From the NCBI GenBank assembly GCA_964016885.1, contig OZ024740.1, forward strand, positions 200,446,001-200,510,000: a stretch of DNA of 64,000 nt. The letters run 5' to 3'. Position 1 is the first letter of the stretch. Every line of letters starts with the position of its first letter. The DNA is from Eledone cirrhosa. Lineage: Eukaryota. This document shows positions 27,478-44,135 of this stretch, piece by piece. The position numbers and the translations under genes were made by a program. Below the pieces are notes generated by a model. That model saw nothing but the letters and a program-made list of their open reading frames with translations, ran no database searches and had not been told where the DNA came from.

Positions 27478-30400
27478 ATAAATGCCTATTGCATTCGTTT
27501 TGAGCGTATTTCGTTTCACGTCTGATGGCGCTCATGAAGTTATCTCTCTCGTTTGGTGTGATGAGATTTCGGATTTCCTTACCGTTAATGCGTTTCTGTT
27601 TGTAGAGTGCGTTGACTTTTGTGTATGTTGTTCTTTTCATGTTAACTGTTATTGTGTGTTTTAGTCGTTCGGCTTGTGTTTTCTTCAATAATAAATTATT
27701 TTCTTGTTTTGATATGTTTGTTGTGTATGTTTTGGAGGAAATACAGTGTTTTAAGAAGCGGATTTGTTCTGTTGTTATTGTAGTTTTTATATAACAGAAA
27801 ACAGTGTCTTTAAATAACCTTTCAGCTTGGCACAAGCTAGTGCCGTAGCGGCGATGAATTAGTTTAGCGAGGTTTTTTATATGAAATCGTGTGTCGAAAC
27901 AAATATTGTTATACTTGGGGAGGGTCATATTTGTGTAATATTGCCAGAATTAATAACAGAACACACTCACTGTTTGGTTGGTTTTCGCTTCTCGCTGTCT
28001 TTTATATCTGCGATCTAACTTACTCGGTCCTCAATGTTGCCATTGACTGACCGACGGTCAAAAATAATACAGATACAATATAGACACAAACACATATATA
28101 TAGTTTACATAATTTACATAAATCTTTCGTTGCACATCTGCAACATCGTCAGTGGTGTTATATTTTTTCCTCCTGTTGTGTTGATATAGATGACAAGACA
28201 GAGGCACAGTTCACCATAGCTAGAAATAAGATTAGACAAGTAGTAGACAGGTATACTAAGAGACAGAACAGACCAGAGGCCCAACAACTTGGGAGGAAAC
28301 CTGTAGAAGGCTTGGTTAGCCTCAAGCAGCGCACAATGGATGGTGAGGTAGTGTGTCTACCCACAGATAAGTCTGGTAGGATGTCAATAGATAGCATGCC
28401 GAACTACATCGAGGCTATGCAACCCCACATCACCAACACGAGCGAAGTTGCACAACAAACACACGATGGGAGAGAAAAAATCCTCAACGCTCACATGATG
28501 TTGTGGACTGACATCCTAAAGCCAAGCAGACGCACTGCCAACAACTTCCAGGCGTCTAACAATGGCATATCACCCTTGTATGGGCTCCGCAAAGACCACA
28601 AGACAGTCGACGACCCGACAACAGGACCACCAACAAGACCCGTATGCGGAGCTAATATAGCTAGCAACTACAGGATCTCCTATTTCCTCTCGATGGTTAT
28701 TCGCCCCATAATCAAGATGTCCCCAGATGTATGTGAAAGTACAGAGGACCTCCTCAGCAGAATCAGTGAGTGCAACAAAATCAGGAGCCTATCCAACTTC
28801 ATAATAGGCAGCATGGATGTGGTGTCACTGTACCCATCCATTAACATTGATTTTGCTGTGAAAAGATGTGTGGAGATGATCATCGAGAGTGAGGTGAGGT
28901 TCTGCGACCTCGACACAGACGAACTGGGCCTCCTACTTAGACTTACCTACGACACTGACTACCTAGACAGCCATGACCTTAGACGTTTCTGCCCTAGTAG
29001 ACCTATAAGAGGTAGACCCCCCGCCATAACCTCAATCGCAAAAAAGACTCCCATGGGAAAGGTGGATTGGGTGGACCAAAGCTATACGGACCCCCCAAAA
29101 CAATGATCAGGTAAGAAAAATGGTCGCACATGCAATAGGGGCCAGTATCAAAACTACCCTAAAGGGCCACATATTTAAGTTCAATGAGAAAATCTACACC
29201 CAAAATGAGGGAGCAGCCATCGGCGTCAGCATAGCTGGTGATGTTGCCAACCTTTTCATGGTATGGTGGTAAAGGAGACTTAAAGATCTCCTTAATGAAA
29301 GCTCCATAGACCTCATCATGTACTCTCGTTATGTAGACGATATCAATATAGTTATAAGAACACCCCCACTAGAGAGCACTAACAAGTTTGAATTAGAACG
29401 TAGCACGATGGAAAGCATCCAGCAGATAGCTAATTCCATACACCAGAGTATAACTGTAACTATCGACTTCCCTTCCAAACACCCTAACAATAGACTACCT
29501 GTATTAGACACAGAACTCTGGATTAACACTATAGACGAGAGAGCCCAAATTCTCCACTCACACTATGCTAAACCCATGGCCTCTACATACCTGATACTCA
29601 AAAACTCAGCAATGTTCAGTAGTGCTAAGTTTAATATTCTGATCGCAGATTTGGTACGAGTGATGAAGAATGTGTCCAGCATGTGCGACCCAACAGAAAT
29701 GGAAAGACACATCCAACACTTCATCAACCGCATGCAGTTCTCTGGCTACAACCAAAGAGACAGAGTCAGAGTATACGAAGGAGCCATGGAAAAGTATAAG
29801 ACCCTCATAGAACTGGACATGAAAGGAATTTGCCCATTATACAGGAGCATATCATGGAATAGCTTAGATAGTGCTAGACATAAGATAGGGAAGGCCACAT
29901 CATGGTACGACAACCAGAGATATCAGAGTGTCATGTTTGTGGACGTCACCCCTGGAGGGAAATTAGCTAACCAGTGTAGAAAGGTCCTGAGAAAGACCCA
30001 CTTAAAAATAAAGGTGGTAGAAAAGCCAGGAACCACCATAAAATCCCTGATCAGCAAAACCTACCCCTTTAAGAAAAGCCACTGTACCAATAGGAAATGT
30101 ATCATATGTAAGGTGAACCCCCGGATAAACTGTAAAACTAGAAACGTAGTCTATAGCATAAGATGTACAGAGGGTACTTGCAGAAACATGACAACAACAT
30201 ACATAGGCGAAACAGCTCGTAGCATAGGTGAAAGGATAGACCAACACTGGGGGGAACTAAAAGAACGAAAAAACGGGTCAGTACTATACGAACATGCTAG
30301 ACAACAACATGACGGTAACATAGACAACATAGAAATTAGAATAATATCTAAACATAGGAATGACCCAGCAGATAGGCAAATCAGAGAGGCCAGTGAAATA

Positions 30401-30875
30401 GAAATTAGAAGACCAAAGCTAAACAGAAAGAATGAGTGGAACAACAACAACACCCAAACAAACAACACTGACCTAAGAGAAGTATAAATAAGTAAATAAA
30501 ATAAAATAAAATAAGATAAATAAATACATACACAAGCACAATAACAACAAGCACATAAACACACACTAGTCACCCAGCAGACACAACACTATACACACTA
30601 GTCACACAGCAAACGTAACACTATACACACACGCAAACGCATGCGCAAAGAAGACAAAATAAAATAAACAAACAAGCAAATAAATAAATATATAGACAGA
30701 CTGAATAAAAAATGGCGTAGACATACAACACAACAGGAGGAAAAAATATAACACCACTGACGATGTTGCAGATGTGCAGCGAAAGATTTATGTAAATTAT
30801 GTAAACTATATATATGTGTTTGTGTCTATATTGTATCTGTATTATTTTTGACCGTCGGTCAGTCAATGGCAACAT
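27478..30875 (+). mobile_element. PLE family B copy: inverted pLTR plus ORF N-terminus (27478-28181, minus), then RT-EN and 3'UTR (28182-30875, plus)
   Basis: LYGLRKDHK, RPVCGA, GSMDVVSLYPSI, YVDDI and YIGETARS; frameshift at ~29058 and stop at ~29270; inverted [15 protein letters not shown] start. Confidence 0.92.
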
Positions 30876-30908
30876 ATGGCAATATATATATAACAATATA
30901 TATATATA

Positions 30909-34275
<3,367 letters not shown>

Positions 34276-34279
34276 CATG

Positions 34280-34666
34280 TATATTAATAAAAGGAATTCC
34301 AACTTTGTCTGATTTGCTCGTTTTATTTACAATCCTTTAAAATGTATAATAGTGTTAGAATGAAATAGTATGGTAGAATATTAAATGTTAAGTGTTAATT
34401 GAACAAGTACTTTCATGCTTTCACAATATTCAGGTTCATAATGTGTGGTGACAGTCAAGTTTGCAATTTTCCACACTTGAAAATTGCAAACTTGAATGTC
34501 ACCACACATTATGAACCTGAAGATTGCGAAAGCATGAAAGTACTTGTTCAATTAACACTTAACATTTAATATTCTACCATACTATTTCATTCTAATACCA
34601 TTATACATTTTAAAGGATTGTAAATAAAACGAGTAAATCAAAATTAGAATTCCTTTTATTAATATA
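34280..34666. repeat. ~385-bp imperfect palindrome (solo inverted pLTR) carrying a minimal HHR
   Basis: Arms mirror around ~34473; left end abuts (TA)n. Confidence 0.85.
34512..34550 (+). ncRNA. Minimal type I hammerhead ribozyme
   Basis: UGAAC-CUGAAGA-U-UGC(GAAA)GCA-U-GAAA-GUAC-UU-GUUCA. Confidence 0.8.
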
Positions 34667-34751
34667 ATCTTCTATACACAATCATACAGACCCGTGTATA
34701 TTTATCTATCTATATATATACATATATATATGTGTGTGTATATATATATAT

Positions 34752-35706
34752 ATATTAAGACAAGGGGGAAGAAAAAATGGCTCCCCTTGTGCTTTCAACA
34801 AATTTATTTTCTTCACAAAATCCAAAAAGAATTTTTTTCCGGATTAAAAAAGATTTTCTTAAAAATTTTTTTATAAATTTAGTCGTTGGTTGTTGGTTAG
34901 GTCTTAGGAGTTCTTGGTTAACGTAAGAGGTATAGTTTCGTTTTTAGAAAGACCTTTCACGCTGAGGTGCGCTTATCAAACTGATGTGTATGTGGTGTGT
35001 TGTTCCGTATATAGGGATTTAACATGTTTGTGGTGCGGTGGGGTTTTTTTCTCCCCCTTTAATAAGTGTAGAGGTGTAGGTGTGTTGAAAAAATGTTAAT
35101 AGAAGTAATGAGTTGAGACGGTGAGTAGGGTTGGGTAGGGAGAAATGTAGTAAGCGCGGCCTGCCCCGGTCATTCTCGAAAAATTCCTTTATTCAGGGGA
35201 AAAAGCTTTTGTATCCTTTGTATCGAAAATGGTCATAGGCAAACCGCACCTGCGAAGCTTGTAAACAATTATTTTTTTCTGAATAATTTTTCTACGTCCA
35301 TCCCAAAATTAGTCCTTTGTTCAACACACACATATGTGTGTATATACGTACATACACACACGGGCATATGTAGGAATATATAGGCACACACCATCAATCA
35401 CACACCCATGTACATATACATCCACATACATACATAAAAACATATAAAGACACATATAAAAACACACATACACATACTACACACACGAATATGTACTCAT
35501 ACCTCCACATGGGTATAGATATATATATATATATGCATACATATACATATATATACACACATAAAGATACATAACTAAATATACATATATACACATACAC
35601 ACACACATACACATACACACACACACACACGTGTACACACACACACTTATACATATGTCCGTATATATACATCCGTTCACACATACATTAATACACACAC
35701 ACACAT

Positions 35707-35754
<48 letters not shown>

Positions 35755-35758
35755 GCGT

Positions 35759-35829
<71 letters not shown>

Positions 35830-35889
35830 CACATAAACACATATAGACACATACACACATATACATATATATACACACATATATATATT

Positions 35890-35933
<44 letters not shown>

Positions 35934-35978
35934 CAAATACAAACACATACATACACACATACATACATACACATACAT

Positions 35979-36053
<75 letters not shown>

Positions 36054-36990
36054 CATACATATATTCATGTGTACACACAAGAAGAGGGGGTGGTTAGTGA
36101 AATGTAATTTTACCTCCGAGTATTAATTCATTTTTTCGTGTTCAGTAGTGGTTTAAATTTTTCAATGAAGAATTCTTCTTTATATCTGCGGAAATGTTCG
36201 TAATCCGACCATATCTTGAAGAAAGGGAAGATTGTGAATTTTCCCTTCCCGCATGATGCAAAGTGTGCGCTACATGTGGTATTTCTGACTGTGGTGTCTT
36301 TAATTTGTTGTTTATGTACCCGGACTCATGTAGTCCCGTTCCGGTTTCCCCAATATAATACTCTTTACACTGTGGACATGTTGCGCAATATATTAGGTTT
36401 TTCGTTTTGCAGTTCATGTTTGCATTGACCTTGAAATTATCATGGTTTTTGAAGGACAACTGTTTGCCCTCTTCGATGAGTTCACAGGTTCCATATCTAG
36501 GGTCCTCGCATTTCGTCACTTGCATTACTAAAAGCTTTTTCCCCTGAATAAAGGAATTATTCGAGAATGACCGGGGCAGGCCGCGCTTGCTACATTTCTC
36601 CCCACCCAACCCTACTCACTGTCTCAACTCATTACTGCTATTAACATTTTTTCAACACACCTACACCCCTACACTTATTAAAGGGGGAGAAAAAAAATCC
36701 CACCGCACCACAAACATGTTAAATCCTTATATATGGAACAACACACCACATACACATCAGTTTGACAAGCGCACCTCAGCGTGAAAGGTCTTTCTAAAAA
36801 CGAAACAATACCTCCTACGTTAACCAAGAACTCCTAAGACCTACCCAACAACCAACGACTCAATTTATAAAATTTTTTTAAAGAAAATTGTTTTTAATCC
36901 GGAAAAAAATTCTTTTTTGATTTTGTGAAGAAAATAAATTTGTTGAAAGCACAAGTGGAGCCATTTTTTTCTTCCCCCCTGTCTTAATAT
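34752..36990. mobile_element. ~460-bp inverted repeats (34752-35210 / 36530-36990) enclosing microsatellites and a minus-strand Neptune-like GIY-YIG fragment (36142-36525)
   Basis: Reverse-complement match of the arms; CKTKNLIYCATCPQCKEYYIGETG. Confidence 0.75.
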
Positions 36991-37064
36991 TTATATATAT
37001 ATATACACACACACATATATATATGTCTTAATATACCTAACTGTACCAAGGATTACACACATTT

Positions 37065-37127
<63 letters not shown>

Positions 37128-38780
37128 TATACATATATATATAATTGATCTTAGATAAAGTGCCATACAAAACGATTCGAATAATTGTAGCTGTCATGTA
37201 TTGTTGTTATGGAATATTTAGCTGGTGGTGTACTAACTGAAGGAAAGCTTGAGAGAAACTTCAAGTCAACCATATGGCGGTTATTTTAGATTATTAACGC
37301 GTGTGATACACTTGTCAGTTGAATGACATCTTCTTGGACACAAACAGCATCTACATTATGAAATATTGAAATCGATGTATTATATAAGTATCCTTTGGAA
37401 TTGAATGGATGAATAATTCCGAAGTAAAGGAAGAAATCAATATGTACGTTGTATATCCTATTGCATGTATTTGCTAGCCATTTAATCAGTTGGGGTGCAA
37501 ATATTAATTAATTTCAATTTCATGGAGTAAAATTGCTAAAGTGCAGTATTATCTCTGCTTAGTATTAATTCAATGGAAATGAATGCAGATAATTCACTTA
37601 AATGGATAGTTCACACAAACTTACATCCCTCACGCAATTCATGCTTGTTAGGAAAATGCTTTCCCAGACTGCTGAGCAACAGATAGTGTGTTCGTAAGTT
37701 CCTTTCCGAAGTTTTCTGAGTTAATACCTCGTCGGGTTTTCATTTGCTTTTCTATTCTCTGTGATATACAGGAATTAACATGATCGGACATATCTATGAT
37801 CAAAGGTTATATAACTATGATCATCTACATTTTATTCAAAGATTACACTATTAACGGTAACTTACATTTTAAAAGATAATAAGTCTGATTTAAAGTAAAA
37901 ATTGATTTCCCTTCTAGCAAGTGTCCACTATCACGTACTAGCCATATAATGTAATAAGCAGCTCAAACATTAGGCTGCAAATCAAGTTAGTTTATTGTAT
38001 ATAATTTCCGTTCATTCGGTTCTGAGTTTAAATCATCTGAGTGTCAACATTATCCAATAACATTCCAAGTACCAGTCATCTTAGATATTATTTAATTCAC
38101 GATATGTTAACTTTAACGATTATTACATTGGCTCATACAAAATGTTATATAGTAGAAGCGAGGGTTACTAGCCATCTGTCTTGCAAGTTATTAGTTTAAT
38201 TATCCCGTTAATAAACAATGCCTGAGCAACGCAACTTACTAATTCCTTCAAAACGAAATATCATATAATATAACTTGATAATCAGGAATTTACATCGGCA
38301 AAACTAATTGGAATAAACAGTTTAGTGAAATTTTCTCTCGATCCTTTCAAACATTTGTTACCGTTCAGGTGTAAAATAAGTTTGGGGTAATTTTTCAAAG
38401 TATCAACTATGTTTCGGAAACAATTTCATATATATATCTATATCTACACATACACATATATATATATGTGAAAATAAAATTAATGTAAGCAAAATGCCAA
38501 CAATAATTCAGGTATATAAGTGACTATACCATCAAGATGAAACATATTTAATGTAAGATGAGGGAAAAAAGTAATACAATCTTAATTCAAAACAAATCAA
38601 GGAGAAAAACTTTGTGTAAGTTGGGGAAAAAGCAATACAATCTTAATTCAAAATAAAATCAAGAAGTAATACTTAACCGGCAATTTGGGGAAAACTACAA
38701 ATGCACTATATAGTCTTAAAAGACCATTTCAGTGGGGTTAGTCAGGGTTGGAATCGAGCTTAAGTAGTGCTCAACATTAA

Positions 38781-38836
<56 letters not shown>

Positions 38837-38937
38837 GAAAGGCATAGAAAACACTGCAGCGAAAAGCCAACAGCACTCCATAATATATATGATGCAATCG
38901 ACAATAACAATTGCAGCTTTTTGTGAGATTTTATTTA

Positions 38938-39014
38938 TTATTACAATTGTTTCTATATCGATCAGGTTTGGTTTGATCGGGCGATCGTATCCCAATCGAC
39001 TCTTCTTCAGATAT
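38938..39014 (-). ncRNA. Isolated type I hammerhead motif
   Basis: UAU-CUGAAGA-...UCGAUUGGG...CCUGAUCGA...-GAAAC-AAUU-GUA-AUA. Confidence 0.55.
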
Positions 39015-39021
39015 GAGAGTT

Positions 39022-39097
<76 letters not shown>

Positions 39098-39193
39098 TAT
39101 ATACATGTGTGTGTGTGACTCCAGGGTTCAATCGGGGGTAACCACCGTAAGTAAGGTACTCAATACATTAGTAGAATGTATACAACACATTTA

Positions 39194-39312
39194 ATATAGA
39201 AATGGCTTCAGAAGTCTAGAAATGTTTCATTCGAAGGAAAACATCAGCCATGTTTTCTTGATGTTTTCTTTCGAATGGAACAGTTCTAGTCATATAGAAA
39301 CCATTTCTATAT
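39194..39312. repeat. Inverted pair of degenerate HHR/pLTR ends (related copies at 27264-27298 - and 53383-53440 +)
   Basis: (C)TGATG(A/T)TTTC..GAATGAAACAGTTCTAG motif in both orientations. Confidence 0.6.
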
Positions 39313-40094
39313 AAAATTTATTATATATATATATTTGTGTGTGTGTGTGTGTGTGTGTATACATGTGTGTGTATGTGCATGTGTGTGTGTATATATATAC
39401 ATACATGTTTATATCATAGCATAGAAGACAATTACATATAATGTTCTGTTTGTTAAGGAGAGTGCGACGACACATATATGATATTATATGATATAATATA
39501 ATAAATTTAGGCATAAGTGTGGTTTGTGTTGATATTGTGGTTGGCTGGGGTATATGCACGTGCTTAACACATGCACGGGATATTTTAGTTATCGTGGTTG
39601 TTGACAATACCAGGATGATGGTATATATGGTGGTATATTTTCCGTTTCAGTAATATCTGCCAGCTGACCTAAGTTAAAGTAAATAAAATACTGGCTAAAA
39701 CACCCACACCCCAACAGGAAGAGTCATGACTTGCAGCCTGATAATGCTTCCAACAACTGTAACGAAAGTAAACTACACTAATTCCTGCGTGCTTATTAAA
39801 CTTTGTGAGAGGAATTTAATCGGCGGTTATTGCAGAAGGATATCATTTTCTATGTGTGTGTGTTGTCGGGTCTACGTTTACGTTTGCGTGTGTTTCAAAC
39901 CATATCAATTCAAACAAAAAAGATTGGTGCACCTAATTTAAAAAAAAATATTCCTGGCTTCAATATGATTAACTCAATCAAGTCAATGCCTTACAAGACC
40001 GCATCGTATTGACTGAAAGCAATAAAAGAATATGTTGGGTACTTTATATTAGTAGCGTATATAGCCATAGCAAGACAAATGTATGTTTATTATT

Positions 40095-40275
40095 TGGCAG
40101 TATCGGTAGAGGGTCGGACGCCATGCTTTCCAGCATAGTTACGTCCCTTTACGATCTGAGTTCAAATCCCGCCGAGGTTGACTTTGCCTTTCATCCTTAC
40201 GGGGTCGATAAAATAAAGTACCAGTAATGCACTGGGTAATTGCTGGCCTTGTGCCAAAAGTAGAAACAATTATTC
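40095..40275 (+). mobile_element. tRNA-type SINE, near full length
   Basis: A-box-like tggcagtatcgg; B-box gagttcaaatccc; conserved central domain; (ATT) tail. Confidence 0.88.
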
Positions 40276-41332
40276 ATAAACATATTGTTTATGCTTTCAT
40301 TATTGTTACGTCACTGCTGCTTCTAGTTATATTATCTCTCTATATATAAAATTATTTGTCACTCTGCCTGTCTGTCTGTTCATATGCATTCTCAAACGGC
40401 TGGACCAAATCAAATCAAATTTTACAAGGTAATAAATAGTATTAGAGCCCGGGAGTGTCCACATGTAATTTTTATTTTCATTTGGATTAAAACAATGTAA
40501 TATTTTTCAAAATTAACCTTTCTATAGTGAACTACAGTAAACCAGCGCCGCCACCACCACCACCACCTCACATTTTGTATATGAGTCTGTATGTGTCTGT
40601 GAATGTGAGTGTGTTTGCGAGTGCGTTATGTACGTTAGGCCTCAGAGAATTAAACACACACCCACGCACATATACACCTACATATAACCTTTCGTAAGCA
40701 CACGCACACACATCTACACAAGTAATAGGTGTGCGTGAATGTATGTATATGTGTGTCTGTATTAGTATATGTATATGAGAGTGTATGTGTGTGTGAGTGT
40801 ATGTGTGATCATTTTTATTTTAACGTTAGGCCTCAGAGAATTAAACACACACACACACACACATCTACACATACATATAGCGTTAGTAAGTTGCATACAC
40901 ATTATCCGCGCACACAGACAATTAAACACACACGCACACACACACAGACAGGTGTGCGTGATTTATGTCTCTGTGTGTCTGCCTTAGTATATGTAGGTGA
41001 TTGTTTGTAAGAGTGAGTGTAAGTATATGTGAGAGTGTATGTGTGTGTGATTTTATGTGGGTGTGAGTATATGTGAGAGTGTATGTGTGTTTGATGTTAT
41101 GTGGGTGTGAGTGTATGTGTGTGTGAGAGTGTATGTGAGAGTGTATGTGTGTGTGTGTTTGTGTGTTTGAGTATATGTGTGATAATGTCTATTTTCATTT
41201 CGATTAAGACAATAGAAAACAATACAACGATGTGACATTTTGTATATGAATAGATCTGCGTCTGTGAGTGTCTGTGCGCGCGTTTATTAGGTACGTTATT
41301 AAATATACACACATCTACACATACATATATAT

Positions 41333-42289
41333 ACTAGACATGAAAAATGCGCAAGCTCAAAAGTGCCACAGAATGTTATAATAAACCTTCAAAAGTGTGG
41401 GACTAGAGTTGTTGCTAAAAAATATTGTAATCATTATATATCGTACATTCTGTGGCATCCTTTATAAAAATAGCTTAAACCAACGAAGCCTTTATTTTTA
41501 CGCTATTTCACTTAGTTAATTCTTAGAGTGTAACATATAAAAATATGATTTACAACTATAAAATAAATTAATTAATATAATAACAGAGCTGCGGAGCTGA
41601 AATTTAGGAAATAATGGAGTATCGGATCCTGAGTTGGAGCCAGTCAATTTTTGGCCGACTCTGCAGCCCTGTATAATACATTTCATATTAAAGTTATTAA
41701 TAAACCTATTTTACACTTCATGCAAATTACCATGAGATATTGATATTAGATATAAGATACAGCGCAATATCTACAGCTGTAAAAGTACGAAAGCGAAGTA
41801 ATAATAAGTGGCTTAAGGTAATTCCAATATGAAAGTTTGTAGTGATAAAAATTTGATAATGCAATACGATTGTTAAAATTATAGTTCTATGAAAATGTAA
41901 CAATAGATAACTAAATTATTTTACTATTAGTATATTTAAGAAATTATCATTATAGATTTGATCGTTCATATAAGCATCATATTAAGTTTCAACACAATTA
42001 TGTTGTTACTATGAGTATATGATAATAATATTACGTAATTATTTATAGCTGTTATTACATTAAACATAGATGTATTTATTTTTATATGTTACACTCTAAG
42101 AATTAACTAAGTGAAATAGCGTAAAAATAAAGGCTTCGTTGGTTTAAGCTATTTTTATAAAGGATGCCACAGAATGTACGATATATAATGATTACAATAT
42201 TTTTTAGCAACAACTCTAGTCCCACACTTTTGAAGGTTTATTATAACATTCTGTGGCACTTTTGAGCTTGCGCATTTTTCATGTCTAGT
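41333..42289. repeat. Foldback structure with 213-bp apparently perfect inverted arms (41333-41545 / 42077-42289)
   Basis: actagacatgaaaaatgcgc... versus ...gcgcatttttcatgtctagt. Confidence 0.9.
41584..41671. mobile_element. Small hAT-like MITE
   Basis: Termini cagagctgcggagc / ccgactctgcagccctg; 8-bp TSD tataataa/tataatac. Confidence 0.55.
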
Positions 42290-42884
42290 TTAATATTTTT
42301 TTAAGGCAACGCTTGTAATAACTCTAGTTAAACAGGATATATATTAATAATAAATTATCGTTGTAATGTAATTAGATTATGTAATTGTTATTCTAAATTA
42401 TCTTATAAATATTAGTGTAAGATGTATAAAAATATTTTCAGACTTTTAATATAAACAACTACAAAAAACAATCAATATTAAATCAATATATTATACATAA
42501 TAGAAAACATAAAATAAACAATACAAAAACAAAATATTTACATACAATTGCAATTATCAGTGTATATACATTTTCTTTATATTCCCTGAGCAAATTAATA
42601 AGATTTGTTTTTATTGTACATAATTTGATGACTTGTTGGAGTGTATTAAAAGATAGCAACAATTTGTGATTAAATTGTTATCTTAAGCAACTCACTTTTT
42701 AATAGTTGTTGGCTGAGCGAAATTGTAAAAGCCTATGAGCAAATATAAAAAAAAATACACAAACAACATTTCCTTGTGTTATTACAACATTAGATAAAAT
42801 AATTGAGCAATGTCGTTATATTTTGCTCTTATTGCACATTAATAGTGTTTCTATTTTTCGGCACAAATCCATTACGGCAGTCCA

Positions 42885-43008
42885 TTACTGGTACTTTATT
42901 TTATCGAATTAGTAAGTATGAAAGTCGAAGTTAACCTCGGCAGGATTTGAACTTAGAATGCAAAGGACCATAACAATACTGCAAAGCATGGTGTATGACG
43001 CTCTACCA
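42885..43008 (-). mobile_element. Older SINE copy (another partial copy at 53134-53180)
   Basis: Diverged reverse complement of the 40095 SINE. Confidence 0.75.
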
Positions 43009-43480
43009 AAACTTGTGTTGAGCTGGTCATTAATTTATGGTGGTCGTGCGTGGAGTAGAGCAATCGCTAGTTGACATATTATGAACAAAACATTTTTATT
43101 TGCCGAAGAACATATTTTCAATACTGTTTGTGAATGTGACGAAGGAAATACATTCTGATATGGAACAGTGTACAAAGTGTGTCTGTGAATAACATAATGT
43201 TACCTCATGTTGTTGTCAAGACATAATGGATTTCGTATATCCAGTTAGAAGATGAAACCTAGCCATCTCGGATTAGTTATATTTCATGCCATGTGTAAAC
43301 GTGTTTGAGGATAGCAAAATATGCGTGTTTCTTGTCTGGAAACTTTCTGCTAAACTGATTGGTTTCGTTTTTGGCACTATACAATACTCATCCAACAGAT
43401 AGCTGTATTGGATCCTTGATTGGTTAATATTTAGGTGAGGGTGCTTGATGCAGAGTTAGTGCAAAATGGATCAATGAGTG

Positions 43481-44135
43481 TAATAATAATAATGATAATA
43501 ATAATGAAAATATTGTGTACAATGCTGAGGTGCACTACAACTCATCAAAAGTGCATATATAATACATAGGGTAATATAAAAACGTCAGGAAAAAAGAACA
43601 GTGCATGAGTCATGATATACACATATGTGCATGTGTATGGAAGGGGGACATCAGGTGTAGTTTTGGTGTATTTCGGAATGTATGATGGTTTTAAAGGATG
43701 CAGTGTGTCATCAGCTAACAACTGATGCAGGAAGTTTGTTCCATCCTTCAGCAACTCTGAGCATGAAGAAATATTTCCTAAAGTCATGGGAGCTGTGTTG
43801 TTTTCTGACTTTGTAGGCATGTCCACGTGTTAGACACATGGAGATCAAAAAGGTGTTCGGGGTTGTTGTTGGTCGGATGGTTAATAACTTTGTGGGTGTT
43901 TACCAAGTCCATTGCCAGAGGGAAGCAAAATATTCAGGGTATGGTAGGTGTCTGATGGAGGGTATGCGCTTGGTTGCATGTCTCTGAACAGTTTCCAGGA
44001 GGTCAATGTTCTGAGCAAGATAGGGGTTCCAGACTGATGACGCGAACTCCAAGTGTATTCGTACCATAGATGTATACAGCTTTAAATAGATGGCTGGAGA
44101 GCAGCTAATGAAGGTCTTGCTGATTGATGCCAAGT
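43481..44135 (-). mobile_element. CR1/Jockey-group LINE 3' fragment with (ATT)n tail
   Basis: LYTSMVRIHLEFASSVWNPYLAQNIDLLETVQRHATKRIP. Confidence 0.85.

Noticed and set aside
37651-37692. Possible 42-nt host exon (ttag|...|gtaagt)
   Set aside because: Only splice-like signals are present, with no recognisable protein similarity or partner exons.
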